The position numbers were made by a program, and so were the translations under genes. Under the pieces are notes generated by a model. It did no database searches, was not told where the DNA came from, and saw only the letters and a program-made list of their open reading frames with translations. This document shows, one piece after another, positions 38,816 to 52,207 of a DNA stretch of 64,000 nucleotides. The stretch comes from Magallana gigas (taxonomy: Eukaryota). The first letter of the stretch is position 1. Each line of letters begins with the position of its first letter. The stretch is taken from the NCBI RefSeq assembly GCF_963853765.1, contig NC_088857.1, positions 47,430,001 to 47,494,000 of the forward strand. Direction: 5' to 3'.

Positions 38816-40821
38816 CATTATTATGTGTTGCTGATATGTATAGGAAATCTGATTTTCTCACGCAACCCATATCGGAGAATATTGATCTGACAAATTCCAA
38901 CAGAAGCCGATGACTCATCCGCGTGTTGTGTATTCCATATCGATCTCATAATGAAATCCAACACCAATATTTAATGAAGATGTAACCCAATACTCTGTAA
39001 TTGCTATATTGTCCCGCGATAGCTAGTAGGTTTGTGACTGTTGCAACCGACTGTGGGAAAAATGATGTATTGCATTAATGCTCCATAAATGTTTTCAACA
39101 GTCAAACTTTGCACAGACAATCGTCAACCAAAGTTAATTTTTCCCTTGATAAGCACACTCGTACTACATGTGACGAAATATTTTACAATGCGTTTTGATA
39201 TGATCGTATGTCGATTTCTATAGAACAGAAAACACAATTTTAACAAAAAACGATTTATTTGAATAAATACATGTTCATCGTTAAAATGCAATTTAAACTG
39301 TTTTAATTTATTTCAGAGAATATTATGAAGCAGGTTTTTTTTGTGCCTATGAAGTTTGGTTTGTGTTTCGAGGGGGGAGGGGGGGGGGGGGGCACGTAAA
39401 GTCGAGAAGCCAAAATTTCTGGCACCAAATTTCTTCAAACACCTAAGCGTCTAACACCAAATTACTCATCCGTGAATGGGGGTACGATCGATTATAATGT
39501 TTCGTTATCAACTTCCAACATCATTTTTTCCTACAAATTGAAAACTTTGATGGATCAAACAGCTTGTTTGTTTATTTTTCAATACATTTATATAAGAAAA
39601 GAAAGTTTAAAGCCCTGTTGCTACATTCCTGCGTTAGGAAAATAACGAAATTACGGGAATTATTTTTTTAGTGATGAATTAGTCATCGTTATTCCTTTGA
39701 AAACTCTAATGATGAATAATTAAATCAAAGCCACTCCTTTCGAAATCTCTCTAACATTAAAATCATTTGCTGTATTATGTCTGAAAACCCGCGAATACTT
39801 CATTTTCAATACGTTTTGGAAAAACAAACAATTTTAAAAAATATTACAGGGAAGCCATCCATATGAATTAGACATCATTATTCACCCGGTTACTTGTAGG
39901 ACTTTATTTGGAATTGAAAATCGCTCTGTTGAAATCACAACTAATAATTCCACTAAGCAAGCTAAAAGTATTTAATATATGACATTGGTAATCACATATC
40001 GCTACTAGAAAGCTCCAAAAGCCACAAACACATAGCCTGGCTGCTCGATTTCAACCTTTTATTTTAAAAATACACAGAGTTTGTAAACAAAACAGCACCG
40101 GTGTTGTTACTTGATATGATTTGCTTTGATATGATTGTTAAAATAATCTTCTCTGACATACATGTAATTAAACAGTAATTACATATGATCCTCCAACTTG
40201 ACATAAATGTTTTATTAGGTTATTGAATTTTAACACACTTTCGTTATTATTTATTATGAACACACCATTTATTTTAAAGTATTCCTCTAGAGTCTGTGAC
40301 GAAAACAGAATTTATTTTGCAACGTCTATAATTAATTGGTGTAAAATCTATCCAAGTTTTACAGAATACCTGAATCGTAACTTGATTTTCCTAGAAAATT
40401 TATCCGAGTGCATTTGCACTAAATGACACATAAAATATCGAACACAAAATGAAGGAAGATATTTCATAAGATCATATTACCTGTACAGCTTCCTTCCTTC
40501 TGATCAGAGTCCTCCGAATTCCGAAGCATCGGCATTTCTCTTATAAGCTGTTGCTCAAGAAGGCTTTCTTGGTATGGGTGATTCATTAAGCCCGAGAATT
40601 CCACATCCTATATCGATCCATGCAACCCGACTTCTTTCATTTTTGCTAGTCCCTCGTTGTGCTAGGCATTCGTAAATCGATGCCACCATACAGTAGTTCG
40701 TTAATTAGTCTATAAGCGCCAAACAATGTTTTGAGTATCACAATTGACGCGGTCAGAAAGAAAATTACATTAGAAATCTATTTGAATTTTTCATATATAA
40801 AATGGAAATTAACATCTAAAA

Positions 40822-41743
40822 GCCCTTTCACAGTTGACGCACGAGCAATTTACAACACTTTGCAATCGGAATGTTTTAGCTTCGCACGAGGTCTCGCATA
40901 CGTTGCACGTTGTCCCGCAATCATAGAATGCGTTTAGGTGGTCGCATCAAGTCTCCTTAAAATAATGGACATGCACACTATTCGGACGCGACCAAATGCG
41001 ATCATAAATTATTGCAATGCAACGCATGAACTTTAGTACGAACGTCATACAACGTTTTGCATACTCGCAAAAGTGATGCACGATTTTTAAAGATGAATAC
41101 CAGCCGTCTATGCGTGTGTTTTGCGACCATGAGACTGTTGCTCAACGTGTCTCATGTAATCTTGCAACGTTTTTACTTTCATTGCACGATTTATCAGTTT
41201 CAATTTGCCATGATTTGCCACTAGCAAATATACCCTGTATAAGCATCTCTGTTTCAGACCACAGTTGACCATGGATGCTGCTGCGTCAATACCTCCTCGC
41301 CGTCTGCTGGGTTTACTGAATCTCCGAGCACAACTCCAGAAAAGACATATGGGCGTGCTGGCGTTACTTATTCGTTGTCGACAACGATATAAAAAACAAA
41401 GAAGACCTTGGTGGGTTAGGTCATGGATTAAGAGGCGCATCTTACCCCCTCTGACTCGCACAAGCATTCGTACCATGGAACGCATGAACGCACGAGCGCC
41501 GCACGTCCACCTGATCACTTGCATTAATTATCATACAACACTCGTTTTTTATTGTAAAACAGTAGCATATAGACGCAAAATATATCGCAAGATTTAATGC
41601 GTTTGCATCGCACAAAGGTCGCTTTAGATCGTGCGAATTTAGTACGAATTTTCATGTGCGAATATTTTGGCAACAGTCTACGATCCAAATCTTAATTTTA
41701 CGTCGCATCTGCTCGTGCGCCAATTGTGGTGGATTTAAAGGGC
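40822..41743 (+). mobile_element. PIF/Harbinger-like deletion derivative with N-terminal transposase remnant
   Basis: Imperfect TIRs gccctttcacagttgacgcacgagca / tgctcgtgcgccaattgtg..aaagggc. ORF 41265-41597 contains RRPWWVRSWIKRR, resembling the (R)WVRPW motif at the start of Harbinger transposases. Confidence 0.65.
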
Positions 41744-41959
41744 ATAATGAAAACCACTTAAGGATTGATGCGGAATATTGCAATAGATAGTTTGAGAACT
41801 TGATATTTAACCTATAGGGGGTTAGAATGTCAAAGTACAATCTCTCAGCACTTATAACAATCACTGGTATTTAATGAAAATAAAATAGCTATGAGTTAAA
41901 CAAAATCCTTAATATTGATGGGATATCGTTGAACATTAGAAATTTTAGACAGGTATATA

Positions 41960-42905
41960 GGGTTATGCAAAGGAGCCGATTCTTTTACCTCCCATGAAAA
42001 ACCTGCTACTGTCAGCAGAGGGAGTAGTGCACCCACTTGTCAACAGTCAAACCTTAAAGCTAGTGGCTTGGAAGGTTTCAGGAGACAAAAACAAGCAGCA
42101 GGAGTTATAGAGCAAACGTCTGAGCTCTTGGCTGCAGGATGGAGGACAAGGGACTCGGAGAGCTTACAACAAAGGGAGAGAGTGGCATAACTGGTGTCAA
42201 TCAAAACAAATTGATCCATTTCAAACCTCTGTGAAACATGAAGCTGGTTTTCTAGATGTGTTATATTCAAAAGGCTATGAGTATAGAACAATTAACAGTA
42301 ACAGATCTGCAATACCTGCATTCCATGTAGGAATTGAAGGCAATAAATTGGTAAACATGACCTTATTTGTTTACTTATGACAGGAATTTCAACAGAAAGG
42401 CAACAAGCCTAAGATACATGCAAATGTGGGATGTAAATAAAGTACTCTCACATATCATATTCATATTCATGGAAAATAACAAAGATTTGAAACTGAAACT
42501 GAAATTTCAGTTAAGCTCTATTTATTTTTGGTATTTGCCCCAGCAAGCAGGTTATCTGAAATTCACAAATTTGATATTGAAAACATGAACATCACAGATG
42601 ATGAAATTATATTTACTTTGAAAGATTTAACAAAGTCGAGGAGAGTGGGACAAAGCCCAATTTCTGTCAAGTTTCCAAAATATGAAGAACACCATAATAA
42701 GGTATCGTATCTTGTACAATAGAATATGTAGAAAAAACCAAAATTATTAGGACAGAAGAGAAACATTTGTTTGTAAGTTAATACAACCACACAGAGCAGT
42801 TAAATCTTGTACAATAGCAAATTGGTTGTAAAATCTGTTGACACTGTCAGGAATAGATATTTCAGTTTTCAAACCGCACTCAACCCATTCAACAAGAGGT
42901 TCAAG
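41960..42905 (+). mobile_element. Decayed DIRS-type retrotransposon fragment (tyrosine recombinase)
   Basis: Frameshifted translation gives HPLVNSQTLKLVAWKVSG, PRYMQMWDVNKVL, ASRLSEIHKFD (catalytic R box), LTKSRR, SGIDISVFKPHST (H-x-x-R box). Confidence 0.8.
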
Positions 42906-42906
42906 T

Positions 42907-43300
42907 ACAGGGTGTCCCAGAATATCCGATACAATTTGATATTCATTTAGATTAAATAATATTTAGCCAAAACTTGTACATTGTGACTTAGATAAAAAGT
43001 AAAATAGTTTATTTTTTCCCACAGAGAAGTTTACGAGAAAAATGTGCCTTTCATTCAATTATAATGTCACAAAACTGCATCATATTTCTTTGGTTGAATT
43101 GAATTTTATTTAAGACGAATCGGACAAGAGAGCAAACATCTTTAGGGTTTTTTTTTTCAAACACAGATTCCAGATACAGTTGAACGATTTATGAAATAAG
43201 AAACACTGGGATAAAACATCCTAACAAGCAACAGATTCTTTTAATAGAAGATCTGAGAAAATGGGATCCGTACAGTGGTTGTTGAGATAAATTTTACTCA
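42907..43300 (+). mobile_element. Tc1/mariner-like remnant abutting the DIRS fragment
   Basis: ta|cagggtgtccc terminus typical of Tc1/mariner; internal sequence degenerate. Confidence 0.4.
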
Positions 43301-43792
43301 CCCAATAGCCGTTGTCATTGATGAAAAATGACTGTTATACAGAAATAACAGCGGATTGCGCAAAGAGTGTTATGTAAGGAAAACATTTGCAAGTGTAAAT
43401 ATATAAAGAAAAACCATATCTCAAACAAATAACAATGATTCTTGTTAGACGTCCGTCTTCTTAATCACCTTGAGGTGCAAACTTAGGAACCACTAACTCC
43501 AATAGTAGATTCACAAGCAGATCCTATAGGTTTGTCAAAGTTACAAAATCAAATATAACAGTCCAAGTTTTAAGCTGAATCAAAATCAAAATTAAAAGCC
43601 CAAAAATCAAAGATCTGCCTTAACATCATTTTACAGGGGATTATTTAACATTTTACTTATGATTGACAGTTCCGACTAGTTCGGCCCATCTACGATGATC
43701 ACGAGTGAACTTTTATTGCTTGAATTCCAGAGTTATGTTTCTTTCTCTGCAACAACAGCAGCAAAATTGTCAGATCTGTCATTCAAAGAGTA

Positions 43793-44465
43793 TTAGGATG
43801 TAGGTTTTGAGTCTCCAAGTCTCCCTTAATAGTATGATGCATCGCATGCGTACAATATTAAAAATTCATAGCTACAGACATTATTTTATACATGGCTTCA
43901 AGGTTACAAAGGTAAAACAGATAGAACAGGCTTTACATGACTAGCTTGCAGTATCAAGGCTATCGTATAGGACACAGAATCGTCAAATATGACAATTTGT
44001 TGATAACTTGTTTATACTGTAAATTCCTTATATTACGCGAGTACTTAATTCCGCGATCTGCGATTCCGCAGGTTTGTATGGTTCTTAACTCTTAGACAAT
44101 AATGGCGAGATTTTAAAATCCGCGAAGGGTGCTTCTCGCGATTTTGCGCGGATATTAATTCCTCGCGTTTAAATAGGAATCTATAGAATATTTTTAATTT
44201 GGAATTTACTGTGCCCGAATTCGGAACCTGATTACATAACCTCATTTAGGACTTGGAGTATTGGGATGCAGGTTTTGAGTCTCCCGCCTGAGTATGATAT
44301 ATTGCTTACGTATAATATTAAAAGGTCAGATATAGAGGTATACATGAGTACATGGTTTAAAATGTTACAAAGGTTATATAAAACATGCAGTAACAGACAT
44401 GCAGTATAGAGTACTACGGCTACCGATGCCGACACAGGATCGTCAAATGTGACAACTTGTTTATA
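43793..44465 (+). repeat. ~210-bp direct duplication separated by a MITE (44016-44190)
   Basis: gtatt(a/g)ggatg(t/c)aggttttgagtctcc...ggac/acacagatcgtcaaat..gacaa.ttgtt occurs at ~43793-44010 and ~44260-44465. tactgtaaattcct-type MITE with ccgcg repeats lies between. Confidence 0.6.
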
Positions 44466-44598
44466 AACTCTTAATTGGGATATTATTGTGCCTTTTGAGA
44501 AAATGTATGTTATTATATGCATGTACATGTGGATCAGGTAGTGAATAAGTAGAATAAGTAGTAGTTACCCAATACAATTGCATTGGTTATGTTGAGAT

Positions 44599-44916
44599 CA
44601 GGCACGTAGCATCGTTTTTAAAAGGGGGGGGGGCAGACTCATCCAAAAAAAATCTTGACAAGCAAAAAAAAAAAGGAAAAAGGTTACTTTTCAAAATCCT
44701 GATATTCCTAGTAATAAACAGTGTTCACCGTTTATTTTCAATTTAATTTTTCAATGGTCACACAAAAGTGGGGAGGGGGGGGGGGAGGGGGCAACTCCAT
44801 CTTAATTCAATTTTGTGTATGTAAATCTAAGAAAAATCTTTGCTGCACCTAAAAGTAGGGGGGGGGAGCCCCCCCCCCCCCCCTGCTGCCCCCCCCCCCC
44901 ACATGCTACGTGCCTG
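44599..44916. mobile_element. MITE, 318 bp, 14-bp TIR, 5-bp TSD
   Basis: gagat|caggcacgtagcat ... atgctacgtgcctg|gagat; poly-G and poly-C subterminal tracts. Confidence 0.85.
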
Positions 44917-46569
44917 GAGATATATTTTGGACGATTGCATAATTCACGAGGGGCGCAGCCAATAACCAATAACATAACCAATGCAGTTGTATTTGGTAAA
45001 TCACTTGTACCATAATTAGCTTTCTGCTGTATTTAATTCTTATGGTATTTTACCGAGTGGTACTTTTATAATTGTACTTTTAATTTAATTAAATAAGATC
45101 ATTTCTTGAATACAGTTGTATTGAACTGAAATAAAATTTTAAATTGATTTCATCTTGCAGTTATTTTTACAGTGTGACATAGTTATTAAGTCGTGGTGCA
45201 TCTATATGGCTTCAATTTAAATAGAACAGAAACATAACTCCATGTACCTTAAACATGTATTTAGGGATATACCACATAATTTTACAATAAAAAATGCACC
45301 TAGTTATGGTACAATGATACTGAAACAATCCAGGTCAGTTTGAAGCCTGTGCCCCCCGAATATTATCTTGCCACAGTGACTATGCTATCTCGTTTCAAGC
45401 GACTGAGTCTGACCAGCACATATGTTATATTTTAATCGTTGGTGTTTATTAATATAAAGCCTAGCTACAAAAGTTTAACACATCAAATATATTTATCATA
45501 TAAATTTAATGCACATACAAACATGTAAAAATCTGTCTAATTTTTTGAATTTATAGAACAAGCTGTAAAAGTCAATATGGTAAAAAATTGTTTTATTAAA
45601 AAATATGGATTGTACTTGTTGCTTGCCCAAGCACAACAATATCACACCAAGTTGTATACTAAGTAATTAATTACACATTCAGTCGTATGCTTATGTTTAT
45701 AATCATATCATTGGGTACTATTATAAGTTAAGTCTACGCACCCAAAGGTTACGGCCTACTTACGTTTCACCTGATCGTTCGTGTCCTTAGTACTATCACG
45801 ATTCTGAATTATTTAGTTATAATGAACCACCACCTAGCAGTCACTTAGTTTGAGGAAACTAGCAACCAATAAGAAATTTCATAACACTGAGAGATTATGC
45901 AGCATACGGCTTGTGATTAAGCTTCCTTGAGGCGGGATTCATACGTTGAAAAGTATGACAGCATCTAACCCACAAGTGTCACCGAGGAGTACAACATTGC
46001 TGATATGACGCGGGCGATGTATGTTTGCAGTGATCGCATCCAGTTACATAGGCCAGGCCCAACCGTTACCATTTCCCTCTAGTTAATACTCATCCTCAAG
46101 TTCGAGTTTTGACTTTAAATTAATGCGCTATTCATATAAGGATTTGAGTTAGGGACTGAGTTGAGTGATTTGAAAATGTTGGTGACGGTGAGGCCTGATT
46201 ATACACTAAGATCTATTCTGTAAACTGTCTGTTTGGTTTGAACATATTTTTTTCATGAAAATAAACATAACTGGATTGGACAGCAGGCATTGCCTATTTA
46301 ACCCTTCTCTATTGGGTACAAGGTAGATGAAATCAAATATATAATTTAATCATATAAATTTGACTTTATATATAGAGTTTTTTAATACATGAATGTAAGA
46401 TAGCATAATACAGCTGTTTATTATGACTGTTCAACATCAAATCCAATAACAATGAATGCGGATCATGCCTTATTTACTAAGTAAATACCATTCTATATTC
46501 AGATTCTATTGAACATCACCTTTTGCTTATAACATATATCATTGCGCTGTGTTTGTTCTAGGACCTCCT

Positions 46570-46730
46570 TTATTTTCATGCCCCCCTTTAAAGAAGGGAG
46601 GGCATATTGCTTTGCTGCTGTCTGTCGGTCGGTCGGTCGGTCCACCAACAGTTTCCGCTCATTTTCTTTGCAAAGGATGAACATATTGATATGAAATTTG
46701 GTATACAGGTCACAGGGGCCAAGCCCGTTT
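46570..46730. mobile_element. Truncated Helentron-like end with (gtcg)n microsatellite
   Basis: ttttcatgccccc...agggcatattgctttg..ctgtcggtcggtcggtcggtcc pattern. Confidence 0.5.
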
Positions 46731-46744
46731 TAACATTAATTTCA

Positions 46745-46846
46745 ATGTAACCATTATTCTTCAGGCAAAGGGGTCATTTTTCTACGTAGAATAATGACCG
46801 GGCGGTCATTATTCTACGGGGGTCATTATTCTACGTTACACCGGCA
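46745..46846 (-). mobile_element. End fragment of a gccggtgtaacgtagaataatgac-family DNA element (second copy at 63710-63890)
   Basis: Reverse complement of the 63710 terminus; repeated gtagaataatgacc motifs. Confidence 0.6.
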
Positions 46847-47071
46847 AACGCCACGTGGAGGGGGCATAATTTAATTTTTAATTTTGTTTGTAATAATTAT
46901 ATAGACCATTATACTTTCTATGACATGAAATGTTAAGATTATTGATTAACTGAAAAATCACATGCAAACAGTTCTACCCCAAATTGCACATAAAGTGCTG
47001 CTCATGTGTATTATCATATGGGAAGGGATCTCATCCTTCAGTTATGAAAATCATAATTTTTAAATGTATTA

Positions 47072-47910
47072 CCGGAGTATGGTGGCTTATCACTGCCCCT
47101 AATGTGCAAGTTATTTTTCTATCAAATATGTCGACATGCAAGATAAATATGTTGACATGCAAGATAGTTATGTCAACATGCAACATATTTGTGTTGACAT
47201 GCAAGAAAATTGCTATCAAATAAAAATTTTGTAATATCTCAAAAAATCTAAAATCTCGTCCACATGTAACATTCAAGATGCTAGATGCTACTTATCTATG
47301 TCGACATGCAACTCATTTATGTTAACATGCAAGATAAATATATTGACATACAACTTATTTATGTTAACATGCAATTTCTTTATGTCGACGTGCAACTTAT
47401 TTATATCAACATGCAACTAAATTATGTTAACACGGAAGATAAATACGTTGACATACAACATATTTATGTTGACATGCAACTTATGAGTTGCATGTCAACA
47501 TATTTATCTCGCATGTGAACATAATTGAGTTGCATGTTGACATAAATAAGTAGCTTGTGAACATAACTAAACTGAATGTCACTATATTTACCTCGCATGT
47601 TAACATAAATAAGTTGCACGTGAACATAACAAAGTTGCATGTTGACATAAACAAGTTGCATGTCAGCATATTTATCTTGCATGTTAACATAAATAAGTTG
47701 CATGTCGACATAAATAAGTTGCATTTAGCATCTTGGATGTCACATGTTGGCGATATGTGAGATTTTTTTTATAATTCTCATTTGATTGCAAATTTCTTGC
47801 ATGTCAACATAGTTATGTTTCATGTCGACACAACTATCTTGCATGTCAACATATTTGATAGAAAAATAACTTGCATACAAGGGGCAGATCGAGATATACC
47901 ACCATACCGG
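47072..47910. mobile_element. Foldback element with long TIRs and internal 21-bp satellite in two opposite orientations
   Basis: ccggagtatggtgg...gcaagttatttttctatcaaatatg is inverted at 47830-47910. acatgcaagataaatatgttg-type 21-bp units flip orientation at the hairpin 47465-47502 (loop ttatga 47481-47486). Confidence 0.85.
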
Positions 47911-48228
47911 AGCTGGCATGTGGCCTTCATTTTTTATTAAACTGGTACAAAACAGTGTTATTTAGGGGCAAACACTTGGTAAGGGTATTACTGTCTAATG
48001 ACAGCATCTAGTTATAAAATTATATCTACTCCTTAATTAAAAAGAGTTTCTCTACAAGGTTTCTGGCATCATATTTTTAGCTGCAAAAGCGTACTAAATA
48101 ACATGTAAATATGCCTGTTCCATGTATGTTTCATATCACTGACTAAGATGGCTTTACAGCAACGATATACATATATTTCTTACAAAAAACATGAATATTA
48201 ATATATTAGCACTGGATGACCAGGCTGA

Positions 48229-49435
48229 AGCTAGCAGCCACTAACAGCAGCCACTAAGCCCATAGAAGCTAGCAGCACTGCGAGTACTCGAACAGAAAAT
48301 TATATTAATTTAATTATCGACATATTCTAATTAATATCAAAATGATTAATGCTCAATAATTTGTACGAGCATTGACGACTTCTGAAGCAGTTAAGCTCGC
48401 CTGGATAAAAGTTATAAATGCGTCTTTGTTGGATAGAAATCAAATACGTCTATACGGGTTATAAGTTATGAAAATAATGCTATCCTGTCTAATTGTAGTC
48501 TTATTGATACAAAAAGAAAAACTATATACATTGTATAAAGTGACATGCAAACGTATAATGATATAAAAGACATGATAAATTAAAGTAAATTAAAAGGCAT
48601 AAAACGATACAAATACAATAAAAAAACCCAAGCCAATCCAGTGTGGCAAGATAATTTATTTACTTCGAAGCTGAACATGTGCGTATTTAAAAATTTATTC
48701 TCTGGCCTTTTCCCTCCCCCAGAAACAACATCGATCGAAAATTAAAAAGACATCGTACCTTCGAAGAATACAACAATGACAATGAAAAAGGTCGGGTTAG
48801 CTCACCCGAACTTTGTCATATTTTAGCATTTCACAATGATATAGGGGTGAAAGGCGGGTCATTATCTCTGTTATCTATGAAGTGTGCATCAAACGGATAC
48901 CAGGGCTGTGTAGGGGACCTATGGGGCTATTGTTTCTCGGTCTCAAATTTGGGCTGTAGGGGTACCACCAAGTGGCTCCCATGGGTTCTGGCTCAATTTC
49001 AGGGGTTTATATCTCACTTGAGATTGACCACAAGAGCTTGGTAAGACTAGGATTAGGTCGAGGACCTCAAGAGGTATTAATAACAAGTCCCCTACACTGC
49101 CCTGGTATCCGTTTGATGCACACTTTAAAGATAAGGTAGATAATGAACCACTTTTTACCCCTATATCATTGTGAAATGCTAAAATCTGCAAAGTCCGGGT
49201 GAGCTAAACCGACCATTTTCATTGTCATTGTTGTATTCTTCAAAGGTTTACGTCAAAACATGACTTAGATAAAATAATCCCTATTTCACCCGATGATTTT
49301 CGCCGTTTTTGACTATAATATCGATAATTAAGTAAAATATAATTTTTAGTTCCAGTACTCTCAGTACTTTGATTAATTTCCTTATTGGCTGCTAGCTTCT
49401 ACGGTTCTTGGTGGCTGCTGTTAGTGGTTGCTAGC
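48229..49435. mobile_element. Foldback/nested inverted-repeat element
   Basis: Outer arms ~48229-48330 / ~49317-49435 (gctagcagccactaacagcagcca...). Inner ~165-bp arms ~48757-48920 / ~49083-49248. Confidence 0.8.
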
Positions 49436-49559
49436 ACTGGATGCCGCCGGTCCTATGACACACCAATGCAGTGCAGACAAATTATCATAACGCACGTCAC
49501 GTACATGTATAAATAACCCAAAAGGTAATGATGCGGGTACACAGCAGAAAGCGCTAATC

Positions 49560-49826
49560 ATGAAAGGTCTAAGCCGTCCCTTGGTTTTCTTTTCAATATG
49601 TTTCAGTTTAATTGGAGAAACGAGATCAGGTGGCCATGAATGTTACGTAAATTCCGACTGTGGCGCTAATGCCTTTTGTAATAATAACGACTATTGTGAA
49701 TGCGAGATCGGGTTCTACGACTTTTACCCTCTTACTACAGCTCTGAGCGACGGATGTCTGGGTGAGTATATCAAGTAAAAAGACCAACAAACAGACGGAC
49801 GGACCAATAGACAGAAGGACAAACAT

Positions 49827-49872
<46 letters not shown>

Positions 49873-50801
49873 TTGACCAATGTATACAATAATGCCATTG
49901 TAATGATTAACATACACGTGATCTGTTAATTTTGAGGGTTTTTTTTTAAAAAAGAAGGTATTGGTACTAATTTACATCATCTGATTGATAACTAATTATT
50001 GATTAGCGTTATTCATCTTTATAGAAAAATACAAACATTAGGCAGGGAAAAAAATGGGACCTCGATTACCTTAGATAGGAAGCGGTGAAACAAGTTTAAT
50101 TCCTTCTTAGAGCTCGGGGCATGACAAACGATTTATGAAATAGATAATCATTAATCTTACAGGCAACTGTGATGAATTGGGAAGGACCAATCAATGCGAG
50201 GGAATCACCCAGTGTATCCTCACACCACAGGGGTACGGAGAATGTACATGCCCAGAGAATACATTTGGACCACCAAAATGTCGTGGTTACGTAAAACAGA
50301 ATACGTATTTGCAAAGTATAATCTATCGCGTGTTGTCGAAATCCAGATTCTGATATATTTGTGTCTTAATTTTAATTATTTAGGTGATTGCGAATCCAGT
50401 TTACAATGTGGTTTTCATGGCAACTGCGAGGGTGGCAAATGTGTGTGTTTTTCGGAATTTGAAGGAAAATATTGCGATGGTAATTTTTTTTATGTTAAAA
50501 GTTTACCTAATTTCTTTCCATTAAAAAATAAAACAGCATATTTTCTATATAAGTATTGGAAAGATCATTTAACAACCAATGATATATTTTTGTTATATCC
50601 GCCTAACTATAAAATTTCAAATACAGTGTACTTAAAAATAATAATAAAAGATAATCGCTTGACATCCATTTGCCTAACTTTGCAGTTAAAACCACCTCAA
50701 TGAAGCCTAGAAGGAACTTGTACTTGTTGCTGGGAGCCGCTGCGCTTCCCCTGATACTCCTTGTTCCCGCAGCTTTTGCCAGCTCTGTGTCCTCGGGCTA
50801 A
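49560..50801 (+). CDS. Small secreted/membrane-anchored protein with three EGF-like modules, 4 exons, ~178 aa
   Basis: Phase-1 exons 49560-49761 (signal peptide + CYVNSDCGANAFCNNNDYCECEIGF), 50163-50285 (CDELGRTNQCEGITQCILTPQGYGECTCPENTFGPPKC; donor could be 50282), 50384-50479 (CESSLQCGFHGNCEGGKCVCFSEFEGKYC), 50686-50801 (KPRRNLYLLLGAAALPLILLVPAAFASSVSSG*). AATAAA at 50838. Confidence 0.8.
49831..49870 (+). repeat. (GA)n microsatellite in intron 1 of the EGF gene
   Basis: Direct sequence. Confidence 0.9.
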
Positions 50802-52176
50802 TACGAAAACTTGCCAGTATCATGCATGTAACTGTGAAATAAAATATCTAAAACGCTGTATTTTGTTATATATGAATTCATGATGTGAACTGTTTTATGC
50901 TGAATTACGACATTGGTCTTGTTATTTATTTATTTGTTTATACATTTTCATTTTTTTCTACTGAGATCAGGAATGGATTACAATAATGTCACAAACTTAT
51001 CTAAAAAAAAAATTATTTTAAAATGTGTGAAACTGATATGAAAGCAAACTACATGTAATGTATTTCAGTAAATGAAACCTGGACAGGATTTGAGCTAAAA
51101 TCATAAAATTTATTCCGTATTTTCAGTCTTCAGGGTAAATTATTGACTTGATTGATATCTAGTTACAAGCGAGTTCTGGAGATATGCAGGCTTTGTTATT
51201 AAAAAAAAGGAGAAGTCTTCTTATTATTTACATGTTTTTGTGGTTTCGTTTTAAATCAAATCCTAGTTTCTTTTTTTTTAATCGACTGACAACTTCACGC
51301 CTGATTGAGTTAATTAGCTAATCAAAATTGACGTCCGAGATTATAAAGGAAAATTTAACCCCCCTCCCCCCGTTGTTATTTCATACGGCGCTTTGGTTTT
51401 GATTCGAACTATTTAATCAATTAAAGGAATTTAGTTTGAAATGAATCGGACTAAGATATAAAAAAAATATAATGATAAATTTAAAAAAATATATATATAA
51501 AAATTAAACTACCCTTCACTTTTTTGTATTAATTGTTCTTTTCCTTACATTTTAATTTTAGTTTTTTTTTTCAATTCCCTTTTTATGTTTGCGTTTTCTA
51601 TTAATAACAAATCTTCACCCCTGGTACGATCCACCCATATCACTGTTCTGTGACAAATTTTAAGTCATACCTGGTTAATGTTTGGTTTACTACTTTCCTC
51701 TTGATTGTACATAGTTTGGCCATTATTAAGCTTTTATTTTAAATTAAATTTATTTTCCATGGCTCTTAAACGAAACAATACCTTCAAACTTATGGGAAAC
51801 GAAATAAGAAATGTACCAAAACCATGCATAGGAAATCAAATTCAAATTGATAAATCTGCATCCCTTGCAAATTTTGTTAAATTAAAAAGAATCATAAAAA
51901 CATTCAATACTACCCTATCAAATTACCTAAAAACTACTCAGAAAAGGAAGTCCCTCGGTATGGTTTTCCAGTAGAAACAGAACTAGCCTTAATGTGTTGT
52001 TACCAAAACCTCGTCCTCTCACTAAAACTTGGCACTCTAGACGCCTCAAGCGCAAAAAGTCAAAAGATGAAGACGAGTCCTAGACCGATCCTACAACTTT
52101 CCCAGTTCTGAATGCATCTGAGGTTCCTATCACAGACGTTGAGACGTCACTATCATCTTCAGGTCTTTAGACCGCG

Positions 52177-52207
<31 letters not shown>

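Noticed and set aside
41108-41524. 138-aa minus-strand ORF
   Set aside because: Antisense to the Harbinger-like remnant; no recognisable motif.
47285-47760. ORFs rich in MQLIYVDM / STCNLFM repeats
   Set aside because: Translations of the 21-bp satellite, open on both strands because the period is a multiple of 3.
50194-50703. 169-aa ORF as a single gene product
   Set aside because: It reads through introns; only 50384-50479 is coding in this frame.
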